IMG/VR virus record: IMGVR_UViG_3300044638_002968
Span: 1 to 51,367 of that record
Strand: one strand, 5' to 3'
Length of the DNA: 51,367 nt
DNA from: a virus
Taxonomy: Duplodnaviria > Caudoviricetes
Below, piece after piece: positions 36,028 through 46,233 of the stretch. The notes below the pieces were generated by a model. The model ran no database searches. It was not told where the DNA came from and was given only the letters and a program-made list of their open reading frames with translations. How positions within the stretch are numbered: position 1 is the first letter of the stretch; each line of letters opens with the position of its first letter. The position numbers and the translations under genes were made by a program.

Positions 36028-39000
36028 TTAGCGTAAGAGGTCTAGTAGTTCATCCACCGATAAATCCCCCGCCAGTAGGTCGTCAATGTACCCACCTGCG
36101 GCGATTTTAGTCGTTGGCTGCTGATTTTGCTGCGGTTTTTTAGCTTGGAAGCCGCTGAAGAACCCGGTGTTGAGCGCGGCAGATACGTCAAATCCGGGTC
36201 CAGCTTCGACCAGTTGAGCGGGTTGCTGTGGAGCCATACCTGCACGCTGCATAGCCTCAAGCTGTTGCATGATGCCTTGGGCGCTCGTCTGAGCACGGGT
36301 CGCAGTCGTTCGGATGTTTGCCTGACGAGCTTGCTCTGCGGCAGCTTGCGCGGCGGCCTGCTGGTCGGCCTGACGTTGAGCTTCCGCAGCAGCCAAGTCC
36401 TGTTGACGGCGCTGCTCGTTGGCCTGAACCTGACCATACAAGCCGGTGGCCGCCCACGGGGATTGCTGCGGCGCAGTCCAGTCCGTTTTTACCCCGCCAA
36501 CCACCTGAGTCAGGAAGTCGATGTCAGCCTGCGTGATCTGCTTGTCGCCAGTCACGTCATAAGCCAAATCCATGGAGCGCTGACCGCTCAGCATCTGCGT
36601 CAAGGCATCAATGTCGGACTGGTTCGCCGTGCGGCCCTGAGTGCCAATCAGGCCAGCCATTTCTTGGTTCTTGGCATTGACCTCTGCAAACGCCTGCTGA
36701 GTGGCTTGCTGGTACGTCTGGCCCTGCTGCATCAGTTCGTTAATGCGTGCATCCACCTCAACGCCAAGGTCGGTGATCTGCTGCTGGGTCTGCGTCTTAG
36801 CGGTTTCGATTGCCTCGTTTAAATCAATCCCTTGCTGCTGAAGATTGGTGGCTATTGCCTTTTGCTCCACAGTCAGTGCGTCAAACTTGGCCTGCACGTC
36901 CGTAGCAAGCTCGCCAATCTGAGTTTCCGTCTGCCCCTGCGCGGCAGCAATGGCATCTGTAAGCGTTGTTCCCTGCGCCGTCAGCGCGTCAGCCAAAGCC
37001 TTTTGTTCGACCGTAAGAGCTTCGTACTGAGCGTTTGTCGCAGCCTCAAGGTCTGAAATTTGTGTTGCTGTTGACTCTTGCGCAGCGGCTATTGCATCAG
37101 CCAGTGTGGTGCCTTGATCCGTCAGCGCGTCAGCCAAAGCCTTCTGCTCAGTGGTTAGGGCGTCGTACTGCTCCTTCATCTGAGTCTCAAGGCCGGTGAT
37201 ACCAGATTCAAGCTCGGTCTTCAGGTTGGCTTCGGTTGTGCCCAGTTTGGTCAACAAGTCTGCGGCACTTGTCTGCTGGTCCGCAGCCACGGATTCGATA
37301 GCGGCTTTGAGCGCGGCGTCACCCTCAAGACCCGCAGATTTGGCATTGGCAATTGCGGTCTCAAGTGCAGTTTTAGTGTTGGCAATTTCTGTTGCTGTGG
37401 CCGTCTGAGATGCTGCAATGTCGGAAGCAAACTGCGTCTTGAGGTCGGCAGCGGTTGTGCCCAATTGCGTAAGCAAGGCGGCTTGGTCAACGCCCATCTT
37501 TTCTGACAGGCTGTTTAACCCTGCTTTCAAAGCCGCATCGCCCTCAAGGCCAATGTCTTTGGCTGCTTGGATTTCTTCTGACAAGTTGTTTTGCAGATCA
37601 GTTATTTGAGCCTGCGTTTTGGCCTGCTCAGACACCACGGAATCAACACCAGACTGCAGCTTGGATACATCCCCGCCAAGCGCCGTGATCTGTGAATTGA
37701 TGTCATTTTTGATTGCATCAAGAACCGCAGGATCAACACCGGCCTGAGCCCCCAACTGCTCAATCTGCTCGATAATGGAGTTGTACTTGGCAGAGTCAAG
37801 GTTCTCTGTGGCCTTGCCTGTTAAACCAGTTTCGTCGTACTGACCAACCAGCTTCAAGATGTCAGCTTGAGTTGGTTTATTTAAACCAAGCTCAGCATAG
37901 GCGTCTTTGGCCTCTTGCTCCGTTACGGTGCGAGGATCAACATACGCGCCAATCTCGCCTCGTACGGCATCTTGGTTGATGTTTTCGCCCTGCCGAATAA
38001 ATGACGTGATGTCAGCTTCGGTTGGTTTGTAGCCTTCAATTGACTTGAAAAAATCCTCGGCCTCAGACCTTGTAATTTGCCTTGGGTCAACGTACTGCTG
38101 AACTTTTTCTTTTGCGGCGGCTTCGGAAATTTGACCGGCAAAAGACATGGCCTCGGCGTCCGTCATGTTTGTGTAGCCAAGGTCGCGCATCATCTGCTGC
38201 GCTTCTTCTTTTGTGACCACTCGCTCTTGCGCATACGGCAAAGCAAGTTCCGAAATTTGTTGCGGCGACATCTCTCCCGCGCCACTCACTATGGATGCAA
38301 TTTCTTGCGGCGTGAAGTCGTTCATTCCATTTTCACGGAATGTCTGCGCGGTGTAAAAATACTCGTCTGGTGTGATGTCGGGGTTGGTTAAAAACGTGGA
38401 GTGATACCCAATGGCGTCACCAAGGTTTACACCCGCGCCGTAGCTAAAACTCTTGTCAATTGTTTTTGGGTCAAATGTTTTTTCACCATCAATAATTTGC
38501 TTGTATGTGACAGGCTTTCCGTCGTAATCTTTTGCAACGACTTGACTCAAAGCATCGGCGGTAAGCACCCCGGCAGCTATGCCTTTTTGCGCAAAGCCTT
38601 CCATGATGCCTGCGTTGAGCCACTCATCTTCGCTCTTAATGCTTCCGTACTTACCAATCTGAGCGCTCATGTTTTGCAAGGAGCCTTCAAAGTTACCAAG
38701 GAACCACTCTTTTGTTGAGTTGGTTGCAATAACTTTGCCAAATGAGTCTTTTGCAAGATCACCCATAAAGGATTTGATCAGCGCTCTATCTCCAACGTAG
38801 GACGTCAGCACGCCAACAGCCATGCCCTCCAAACCAGATTTAACAGCAAGGGCTTCGATTTGGGACGCTGGTACGCCCTGTTTTGTTAGGTATTCTTTGA
38901 CCTCTCCATAGTTTCCGCCAAACGACTCAGCACCATTCAAGGCCACGTTTGTGCCAACAGCAGCGGACAATCCGACTGACTTGCCAATCACATTCTTAAA

Positions 39001-41616
39001 AACACTGCCAACCCCACCCGAGACTGCAAGCAATGGAATCTCTTGAATGCCTTCGCCAACAAGGAAGAGGCTGACGCCAAGCGGGTTATTTGGAACTTGC
39101 TTAAACAGAGCCGCCGTCTTTTGCGCATACAGTTCCGCCGTCGAAATATCTGAAGGCTTTACGCCGCGCTCAGCAGCAATAGTTTCCTTAGTGACGGCGG
39201 CTACATTGGCAAGCACCGCAGATTCGGCGTTTTGGATTCCTTGGTCAACCAGCTTCTTGCTCCAAGATTGCATTTGCTTGGCAATGTTGGTTGCGCGTTC
39301 AGCTTGCGGAATTCCTGCTGCCTCACCAGCACCGGAAAACGCTTGAGCCAATTGCGCCATTTTGCCGTAACCAAACATAGCGGCATCAGCCATTACCTTA
39401 GCAATGCTGTCCTCTGGCGCACCCTTCATGGCCTGCTCAAGAATAGAAAACTGCTCCGTCAAAAACGACTGGAAGTTATCGCCGCCAGCAGCTTTCTTTT
39501 CTTCTTTAAACTCATTCCAAGCCTCAAGGTCTTCGTAGTCTGGGACGGCCAAACGCTTGCCGACGACCGTAATGGTGTCGCCTTGCTGGTATGCGTACTC
39601 CGTAGGATTCCCGGCTGCAGCAAGCTGTTGCTCAAGGGACATTCCGGGCACTGATGTAAAAAAAGCATCTGGCTTGGGGCCTGCTGTTTTACCCGCCGCA
39701 ATGTCTTTCTTGAGTGTCTCGGCCTGATCAGGAGACATCAAGTAGTAGTTCTTGTCGCCAAAAGTGTAGTTGTTGTAGCCGTCTTTAATGGCGGCAGCTT
39801 GAGCTTCTTTCTGGTCTTTGTACTTTGTGCCATCAAACGTGGTGGCATCCAAATCTTCTTTCCGGATGCGGTAAGTTTCCGACATGGCTTTTGCACCAGT
39901 CTCGGAAGTCATAAGCAGTTCATCCATGAAGGTCTGTGGCATTGACCCCTTGTTCCCTGCATCTTTCCAAAACTGCTGAGCCTCGTCTTCGGTGACCCAA
40001 TTCTTGTCTTTGGTGTAGATGTTTTGAATGTCGGCCTTGGCTGCTGCCTCGGAACGTGGGCCCATTACCGATTGCAGTTGCTCTTCGGTAGGTGTGAAGT
40101 CCTTGCCATACAAATCCCTAAAGAAAGCGGTTGCCTCCTCTGCTGTGGTGTTTGCGCGGTTGTCGGCAATGCTTCCAGCCTGACCCTCATCAAGCCCAAT
40201 GATTTCCATCAGGTCAAACTCGGTGGGGTTTGTGCCCACTGTCTTTCGCCATATTTCACGGGCCTCGCCTTCAGAGGTATATGCCTTGTCTACCGCACCA
40301 ACAAGGTCATTGCCTAAGCCAGCAAATTTTTTCAGCTCCTCATCGGTTATATCTCGACCAGTGTCTGATTTATACACCTCCCTAGCAACAGCAACGTCCT
40401 CAATGGCTTTTAGGGCAAGCCCCGCGTTCTTGGCTTCTTGAATTTGAAATTCAGTCACTGATCCGTCAAGCGTATTGGCTTTGGCAATGTAAACTTTTTC
40501 AAGTTCCGGCAATTTAGCTTGGAGCGTGTTGAGCGTGTTTTGATAGCCATCAAGAATAGGCTTTTGCTGCGTGTACAAGTTGTTGTAGTTTTCAACAATA
40601 CCGTTGTAGTTGGCCGCAGTCGAATTGACGTTATTTATGGTTGACTGCCGCAGGTCCTCAACCCGCATAACGGTCCCGTCAGGAAACCTAATGCCATGCT
40701 GATACCATCCTTTTGAACCATTTATTACCGCACCTTGAGACTTGGCCCAATTCCAAACTTTGTAGTCGTCAATTGAGTTGCCGCCCATTTGTTCAAATTT
40801 AGCATAAGCAGAGTCGTACTGGCCTTTTGCAGACTCAACCCTGTTGTACTCCGAGTTCAGTTGATTGGCGAGAGAGTTGTATTGCTCAGCGTACTGCTTT
40901 TGTTGCGCTTCGTTGTCACGGATTTGCTGCTCAGCAGACTTTACGGCATCCGCATCAGCCTTGAGTTTTGCGCTGTTGTCGCGTATTGCACTACCGATGT
41001 ACGTGCCCGCAACATTACTGAATGACTCAAGAATTGACCTCTCAAAAGTCTCAGACCCAGAGCCCCCAAGTATGGCAGTTGCAGCAGCAGCTTTCGTTGC
41101 ACGTTGAATGGCATCGCCAGCCGCACTTCCTGTTGGTTGGCTGAGCAGCGGAATGTCTTTGGTTATCTCGTAGATTGAAGAGTTGACGCCAGCAGCAAGG
41201 CCCGCCGTCAGGCCACCTTTAATCAGCGCATCTATAGGGTCTTGTCCTTGCAGCAGCGCACTTGTTCCGCTTGAGATTGCACCAGCAGCAGCGCCACCCA
41301 AAGCGTTGCCCATAATGACAGCGGTTTGGCCGCTTACGCCATTTGCAATTGCATTGAAAGCCACATCACTTGCAATAGAAGAAGCAATACCAGAACCAAC
41401 TCCCGCCGTTACACCACCAAGAACGGCAGACTTTAAAATGTCGCTGGAACTCCCACCCTGAACGGCTGTCAACCCCCCGGCAAAAACAGCCGTGCCAATC
41501 GCAGCAGCAGCAACCGAGCTTACCGCGCTACCAACAATAGCGGCACCAATGGCACCACCCACCGCTGCGGTCACGCCGGTAGCAGCCAAACCACCAAGAA
41601 TAATTGCTGCTGGCAT
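36028..41616 (-). CDS. Large repetitive virion/ejection protein with hydrophobic N-terminus
   Basis: 1862 aa; G/A-rich N-terminus, coiled-coil repeats (EQKALADALTxQGTTL), dockerin/EF-hand-like DVTGDKQITQADID. Confidence 0.6.
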   Translation of the reverse strand: MPAAIILGGLAATGVTAAVGGAIGAAIVGSAVSSVAAAAIGTAVFAGGLTAVQGGSSSDILKSAVLGGVTAGVGSGIASSIASDVAFNAIANGVSGQTAVIMGNALGGAAAGAISSGTSALLQGQDPIDALIKGGLTAGLAAGVNSSIYEITKDIPLLSQPTGSAAGDAIQRATKAAAATAILGGSGSETFERSILESFSNVAGTYIGSAIRDNSAKLKADADAVKSAEQQIRDNEAQQKQYAEQYNSLANQLNSEYNRVESAKGQYDSAYAKFEQMGGNSIDDYKVWNWAKSQGAVINGSKGWYQHGIRFPDGTVMRVEDLRQSTINNVNSTAANYNGIVENYNNLYTQQKPILDGYQNTLNTLQAKLPELEKVYIAKANTLDGSVTEFQIQEAKNAGLALKAIEDVAVAREVYKSDTGRDITDEELKKFAGLGNDLVGAVDKAYTSEGEAREIWRKTVGTNPTEFDLMEIIGLDEGQAGSIADNRANTTAEEATAFFRDLYGKDFTPTEEQLQSVMGPRSEAAAKADIQNIYTKDKNWVTEDEAQQFWKDAGNKGSMPQTFMDELLMTSETGAKAMSETYRIRKEDLDATTFDGTKYKDQKEAQAAAIKDGYNNYTFGDKNYYLMSPDQAETLKKDIAAGKTAGPKPDAFFTSVPGMSLEQQLAAAGNPTEYAYQQGDTITVVGKRLAVPDYEDLEAWNEFKEEKKAAGGDNFQSFLTEQFSILEQAMKGAPEDSIAKVMADAAMFGYGKMAQLAQAFSGAGEAAGIPQAERATNIAKQMQSWSKKLVDQGIQNAESAVLANVAAVTKETIAAERGVKPSDISTAELYAQKTAALFKQVPNNPLGVSLFLVGEGIQEIPLLAVSGGVGSVFKNVIGKSVGLSAAVGTNVALNGAESFGGNYGEVKEYLTKQGVPASQIEALAVKSGLEGMAVGVLTSYVGDRALIKSFMGDLAKDSFGKVIATNSTKEWFLGNFEGSLQNMSAQIGKYGSIKSEDEWLNAGIMEGFAQKGIAAGVLTADALSQVVAKDYDGKPVTYKQIIDGEKTFDPKTIDKSFSYGAGVNLGDAIGYHSTFLTNPDITPDEYFYTAQTFRENGMNDFTPQEIASIVSGAGEMSPQQISELALPYAQERVVTKEEAQQMMRDLGYTNMTDAEAMSFAGQISEAAAKEKVQQYVDPRQITRSEAEDFFKSIEGYKPTEADITSFIRQGENINQDAVRGEIGAYVDPRTVTEQEAKDAYAELGLNKPTQADILKLVGQYDETGLTGKATENLDSAKYNSIIEQIEQLGAQAGVDPAVLDAIKNDINSQITALGGDVSKLQSGVDSVVSEQAKTQAQITDLQNNLSEEIQAAKDIGLEGDAALKAGLNSLSEKMGVDQAALLTQLGTTAADLKTQFASDIAASQTATATEIANTKTALETAIANAKSAGLEGDAALKAAIESVAADQQTSAADLLTKLGTTEANLKTELESGITGLETQMKEQYDALTTEQKALADALTDQGTTLADAIAAAQESTATQISDLEAATNAQYEALTVEQKALADALTAQGTTLTDAIAAAQGQTETQIGELATDVQAKFDALTVEQKAIATNLQQQGIDLNEAIETAKTQTQQQITDLGVEVDARINELMQQGQTYQQATQQAFAEVNAKNQEMAGLIGTQGRTANQSDIDALTQMLSGQRSMDLAYDVTGDKQITQADIDFLTQVVGGVKTDWTAPQQSPWAATGLYGQVQANEQRRQQDLAAAEAQRQADQQAAAQAAAEQARQANIRTTATRAQTSAQGIMQQLEAMQRAGMAPQQPAQLVEAGPGFDVSAALNTGFFSGFQAKKPQQNQQPTTKIAAGGYIDDLLAGDLSVDELLDLLR

Positions 41617-42036
41617 TTAGAGCTCCACCACGAAAACATTCATCATTTGGCCCTGAACATTTGATTTGTACTGCTGGACCTTGAGGTCAACCATCTTCGC
41701 CAGCTTTGAAAATTTTGTGTCGGGGGTGTATGTGTACGCCACCTTGACGCCAATACCCTTGAGGTACTTTGCAAGGTTCAAAAAGTTCTGCGCCAAGTCA
41801 CGCGGCTTTTTCTCGTCGCCAATCGTATGGACCTCAACAAGCTCCTTGCCGCGCACAAGAACCAAGAACAGGACGTTCCCAAGGTGGACGAGTTTTGCAC
41901 TGTCTTCCTGCACGATGGCAGCCAGAGCGCCCATCAGCTTCTGAGCCTCTTCTTCTGTTTTGCTTGCCCCACGAGCGTACTCGGTTGCAATCCGCATGAT
42001 CTCTTGCGCCTCTTTGGGGTCCATTTCTTCGGTCAT
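41617..42036 (-). CDS. Hypothetical late protein (possibly degenerate GNAT-like)
   Basis: AAGGA RBS; abuts the next gene. Confidence 0.6.
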   Translation of the reverse strand: MTEEMDPKEAQEIMRIATEYARGASKTEEEAQKLMGALAAIVQEDSAKLVHLGNVLFLVLVRGKELVEVHTIGDEKKPRDLAQNFLNLAKYLKGIGVKVAYTYTPDTKFSKLAKMVDLKVQQYKSNVQGQMMNVFVVEL

Positions 42037-42098
42037 GTCTTGTCCTTATGGGGCTATTGGGCGTGGGATGGGCAGTGGTGCAATGAAGTTTACAGACA

Positions 42099-42425
42099 TC
42101 AGCCAACTTTCCAGTTGGTGCCATCTGAATATACGGGTACGGCCACCGCTCCGCCACCAACCACAGTAGCACCAAATGTCGGGGCCAGTGCGTTAGATAC
42201 GAATGCCCGAGCCCCTGAGCCTGATACTGATGCGCTGGGCAAAGTTGCCACGGTGTAGTTGGTCGTAGCGGGAATGATGTCCGTGTTTGCAAGCTCAGCT
42301 AGGTTAGCTTGCAGCAAGTTAAAAAACAAGCGCAGCACTTTGCTGTATTGGTCTTGGTACGTTGGCGAGTACACGACTGGCGCAAACGGTAAGGCTGGCG
42401 GTGGGGAGACTTGAATCTTTGCCAT
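42099..42425 (-). CDS. Small tail-associated protein
   Basis: P.LP.AP..YSPTYQDQ...LRLFFN; YTVATLPSA...PVYSDGTNW. Confidence 0.65.
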   Translation of the reverse strand: MAKIQVSPPPALPFAPVVYSPTYQDQYSKVLRLFFNLLQANLAELANTDIIPATTNYTVATLPSASVSGSGARAFVSNALAPTFGATVVGGGAVAVPVYSDGTNWKVG

Positions 42426-42427
42426 GG

Positions 42428-44311
42428 TCAACGTGACCCGTCTGGGCGCAAATCGAGCCTCGGAGCCCCCAACTGCCACGCCACACCCAAGCCAGTGCTG
42501 GAGATTCGCATGGCCATCTGGCGAGCCCTGATGCGCGTGTAAACCTGCCCCGTGAACTGCTCCACCGGCAGATCGACCGTGCGCGTGACCGTAGCTGTAT
42601 TGGTCAACCCTACGGAGGCTGGGTCGGTGTAGCCAGAGCCTGCGTTCTTCAAAGGCAACAGCGACATCACAATAGAAGGGTTGGCTGCGCTGGAGTTGCG
42701 GAACGTCACGTCAGGCAGCATCCTCCACACAAAGGAGAACTTGTGTCCATCGTCCAAGTCAAATTCAGCGGAAGTGATGAAAGACTCCATTGCCACGGGC
42801 GTACCGCTCATGTTGTCGTCGTTACCAACTTCATGGTTGACCAAGTTGTTTACATACGTTGCAGCGATAGGGCCAGCCTGCAAGCCGGAATCCAACCAAG
42901 CCGTACGGCCCATGTTGCCGTAGTACCAGATGTCCTCAAGGTAGTTGTAAATGGCGTAACGGTCCAGCACCACAGAGCCCTGTGAGCAGTAGAACCACCA
43001 CACCTCGTTGAAACCCTCGTTCGTGCCGCACACCACCTGCTCCATTTGGGCTTGGTTGATGTCGCTGAAGATGTACTGCCGCAAGTCGCAGCGCAGCGTT
43101 TGAGTCCGACCGTCGTACTTGTAGAACTTGTCAGTCCCCATCCAATACGAAACACCAGAGGCCAAGCTTGCGGCCTTTTGCCCTGCAATAGAAGTGTTCT
43201 CTCCCACCAGCTTTGCTCCCCATCCTTCGGTTCCGCCGATGTATTGAAGGGAGTACACGGCTGCATCCGTCCACACCAAAAGCTCTTCTCGAGACTGCTG
43301 GATAGCCACAATCTCTGAGCCTTGGGACAATTGCAAACTGCCCGATTGGTTTGTCGGGGCTGGGGTCCAGTCCACCACGCTTTCCTGATCAGACCAGCGA
43401 ATCAGCATGGGGTTAATAATGGCGGAGCCAACGTCATTACAGCCAAAACAAAACACGAACCGGCTGATGTCAGACACATAAACAATGTTAACTTTGGTGG
43501 GAACGTCTGATGCACCGCCCAACGTAGTCACGTTTACACCACGGTTTGCAGATACACCGGCTGAAGCATCCCAGTAATACAGACCGCCGCCGCGAGGTGC
43601 AAACACCAAGTCCTCACCGAAATTGCTCTGGCTCCAGATGCGAAGCGAATCGGTCGATGCGCTACCCACGCCCCAAGTGCCAGTACCCCAAGCGCCAGCG
43701 CCCCAGCCGGTCAGAGGAACGACCACCGCAGGGCCAATGTTCACTTGGTAGGCCGCAGTCACCGTACCGCCGCCAGTAGCCGTAGAGCTTGCGTTGCTGG
43801 ATGCTGTGATGGTGTAGGTGGTTCCGCCAATGGCTGTAAGTTGAAACTCGCCATTCAGGGTTAAACCACCCACCGCAGTGGCTCCGCTGAAGGTTACAAA
43901 GTCCCCGTCAGAGTAGCCTCCCGCTGCGTCAGTTACCTCCACAATCGGAGAGCCGGAAGTGGTTTCAAACGGATTGGTCAATGTCTCTGTATCGCGCAGT
44001 GGCGTGATGTCATAGTAGCTGCCGCCTTGGTTCACGTAGAACTTTAAGTTCGTGCCAACGCCGATTAGTCTATTGCCACCCAAAGTCACCCAGTTGTTTA
44101 GGGAGCGACAGATTCCAAGGTAGTAACTGGTGGAAAACGGAGACCACCCGCCAAGCTTTTCAGCCGAGCCGGAACGGAAACGAATCTTGTCGCAGTCGTA
44201 CCAACCCGCAGAATACGAGCCGTTTACACCTGTGGGACCGACGTTCTCGGACAGGTAGCGGGTGTTTTCGCGTGCCACACCGGGACGCACGAGTACGCGT
44301 TTTAAAGGCAT
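42428..44311 (-). CDS. Tail nozzle / P22 gp10-like stabilisation protein
   Basis: WYDCDKIRFR, IRWSDQE, EVWWFY, C-terminal RIRARQ...LG.PRLDLRPDG.R; AGGAGG RBS. Confidence 0.7.
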   Translation of the reverse strand: MPLKRVLVRPGVARENTRYLSENVGPTGVNGSYSAGWYDCDKIRFRSGSAEKLGGWSPFSTSYYLGICRSLNNWVTLGGNRLIGVGTNLKFYVNQGGSYYDITPLRDTETLTNPFETTSGSPIVEVTDAAGGYSDGDFVTFSGATAVGGLTLNGEFQLTAIGGTTYTITASSNASSTATGGGTVTAAYQVNIGPAVVVPLTGWGAGAWGTGTWGVGSASTDSLRIWSQSNFGEDLVFAPRGGGLYYWDASAGVSANRGVNVTTLGGASDVPTKVNIVYVSDISRFVFCFGCNDVGSAIINPMLIRWSDQESVVDWTPAPTNQSGSLQLSQGSEIVAIQQSREELLVWTDAAVYSLQYIGGTEGWGAKLVGENTSIAGQKAASLASGVSYWMGTDKFYKYDGRTQTLRCDLRQYIFSDINQAQMEQVVCGTNEGFNEVWWFYCSQGSVVLDRYAIYNYLEDIWYYGNMGRTAWLDSGLQAGPIAATYVNNLVNHEVGNDDNMSGTPVAMESFITSAEFDLDDGHKFSFVWRMLPDVTFRNSSAANPSIVMSLLPLKNAGSGYTDPASVGLTNTATVTRTVDLPVEQFTGQVYTRIRARQMAMRISSTGLGVAWQLGAPRLDLRPDGSR

Positions 44312-44351
44312 GTTACAATCCTCCTATAGCGGGCTCAACAAGGAGAACACC

Positions 44352-45206
44352 ATGTTTGTTTACATTTGGAAGGATGCCAAAAACATCCCTTTCTACGTTG
44401 GATTCACAAACTCCACGCGAAGAACCAACCCCCACAACAGCACCAAAAGGAACTGGCTTTGCGAGCAAAAACTCAAAGAGGTTGGTCGAGCGCATGTGGT
44501 TGTCGAGTTGCGGTTTGTAGATTCAATTATCACTGGTCAGGAGCTTGAGCGCAAACTGATACATGAGTATGGACGAATCCAGACAGGGACGGGACCTCTG
44601 ACCAACCTTATGCCGGGCGGCGAGGGCGCAAACAAAATGCCCGAAGATGTTAAAGCGTTGCGGCGGCAAGCAATGCTCGATCCAAACAACCCAATACGAA
44701 GCCCGGAGGCGGTAAAGAAAAGAAACCTTGCAATTAAAACACGCATGAACTCTCCGGATGTCAAAGAGGCTATGCGCGGCGAATCAAATATTGCAAAATT
44801 GCCGGAAGCGCGGGCAAAGTTAAAAGCAGTCTGGCAAGACCCCGTATACAGAGCTGCGCGAATTGCCGAGCGAACAGGATCGCATCCAAACTTTTCGCAA
44901 GAAGTAAGAGTTGAGATGTCGGAGCGGCTTCGGTTAAATCCGGGCATGAAAGGTTGGGGTGAGCGTAACGGCAAAGACTCTGAATTTGACGCTAAACGAA
45001 TTGCTGGCATCAAAGCCGCACAACCAAAGCGCCTTGCAAAAATGGCAGACCCTGCCGCTCTTGCAAAACGCAAAGCCAAACTTATAGCAACCATGAGTTC
45101 ACCCGAGTACAAAGCAAGACGAGCCCAATGGGACACGCCGGAATACCGCGAAAAATTGGCGGCAGCAAAACGAGAGTATTGGGCAAAACGCAAATCCTCC
45201 ACTTAA
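44352..45206 (+). CDS. GIY-YIG-like (putative homing) endonuclease, antisense within the late operon
   Basis: FVYIW...PFYVG...R...ERKLIHEYGR...GPLTNL..GGEG; basic helical repeats; own AAGGAG RBS and TGT-TACAAT -10. Confidence 0.75.
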   Translation: MFVYIWKDAKNIPFYVGFTNSTRRTNPHNSTKRNWLCEQKLKEVGRAHVVVELRFVDSIITGQELERKLIHEYGRIQTGTGPLTNLMPGGEGANKMPEDVKALRRQAMLDPNNPIRSPEAVKKRNLAIKTRMNSPDVKEAMRGESNIAKLPEARAKLKAVWQDPVYRAARIAERTGSHPNFSQEVRVEMSERLRLNPGMKGWGERNGKDSEFDAKRIAGIKAAQPKRLAKMADPAALAKRKAKLIATMSSPEYKARRAQWDTPEYREKLAAAKREYWAKRKSST

Positions 45207-45706
45207 CTTAGGAATAGCGCAATCTCTGCCTTGCGGCGGCGCACCAGACCCGGCAGGACTTTCCCACCAGCCTTGGACCAAGCCAAGAACGCCTCGGCTG
45301 CACCATCCCAGTCTTCCCGAAGAATCTTCTGGCGAATGGTGCTGCGCTGGAAGTTGCCGCTTCCTACATTAAAGGCCAGAGCGACACAAGCGTCAAACTT
45401 GCACTGATGCCCAGCCAGATTGGGAGCAAGTCGAAGAACACTGCGTTCAAAAGAAACGAGGTCATCTTTGAAAATCTCAACCAGTTCCTCTTTCGACCAG
45501 ACCCGATTGTCTTCGGGCTTGAGTTGGTAGTCATCGCGGATCATCCCTGTGTAAACGCCAGTACGAACGTTGGGCAGGCGCAACTGATCGCCGTACATGG
45601 CGTGGCCCCACCCAACAGTCCAGATTTTTGCACTGCATTTGTATGGCTTGTTTCGGTAGCCCTCAAATTCGTGCATCAAGTGGATGCCTTTGTCCGAAGT
45701 TTTCAC
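45203..45706 (-). CDS. Endolysin, GH24 lysozyme
   Basis: FEG...Y.C....WTVGWGH, FDACVALAFNVG.GN, W.KAGGKVLPGLVRRR.AE; GTGA overlap start. Confidence 0.9.
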   Translation of the reverse strand: MKTSDKGIHLMHEFEGYRNKPYKCSAKIWTVGWGHAMYGDQLRLPNVRTGVYTGMIRDDYQLKPEDNRVWSKEELVEIFKDDLVSFERSVLRLAPNLAGHQCKFDACVALAFNVGSGNFQRSTIRQKILREDWDGAAEAFLAWSKAGGKVLPGLVRRRKAEIALFLS

Positions 45707-46227
45707 TTCTTGCTCCAGCCACGAGAGCCAAACCAAAAACCGATGATGCCGCCAAGCATCGCCATCTCATCGGCGCTGAAGATAATGTCGGCATAGCGCA
45801 GCACATCGTCTATGCTGGTAATCAAGCCGGGGTGCTGCCACAGGTAAAAGCACAGGAAGGTGTTGATGGCGACCAACTCAGCGACAAAGATGTAGGTCAC
45901 TGTCGGGCGCACAGTGCCCACGTAGTTAGCCACCCATGTGGACGCCTTAGCCAGCACTGCCTTGTCGTGGTCCTGTGCGCCCTTGACCATCTCAGCTTCA
46001 GCCTCGGCCATCTGCGCTTGGGTCTGCATGGCGACCTGCTCAGTGCGGATTTCCTCGATCTTGGCCTGCGCTGCAAAACCAGCAGCGGCCATTTGCAACT
46101 CACGTTCGGTCTGCATCTGCGCCAGTGCCAGTTCGTGCTTTTGGTCAGCCTTGTTCTGAAAGTACTCCAGCAGCTTTGGCAAGCCGGAGATCAACAGACC
46201 CCCAAGGGTAGAGAGTAAGGACAGCAT
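45703..46227 (-). CDS. Holin-like membrane protein
   Basis: DQKHELA coiled coil, VRPTVTY, IIGFWFGSR; adjacent to the endolysin. Confidence 0.65.
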   Translation of the reverse strand: MLSLLSTLGGLLISGLPKLLEYFQNKADQKHELALAQMQTERELQMAAAGFAAQAKIEEIRTEQVAMQTQAQMAEAEAEMVKGAQDHDKAVLAKASTWVANYVGTVRPTVTYIFVAELVAINTFLCFYLWQHPGLITSIDDVLRYADIIFSADEMAMLGGIIGFWFGSRGWSKK

Positions 46228-46233
46228 TATTTT

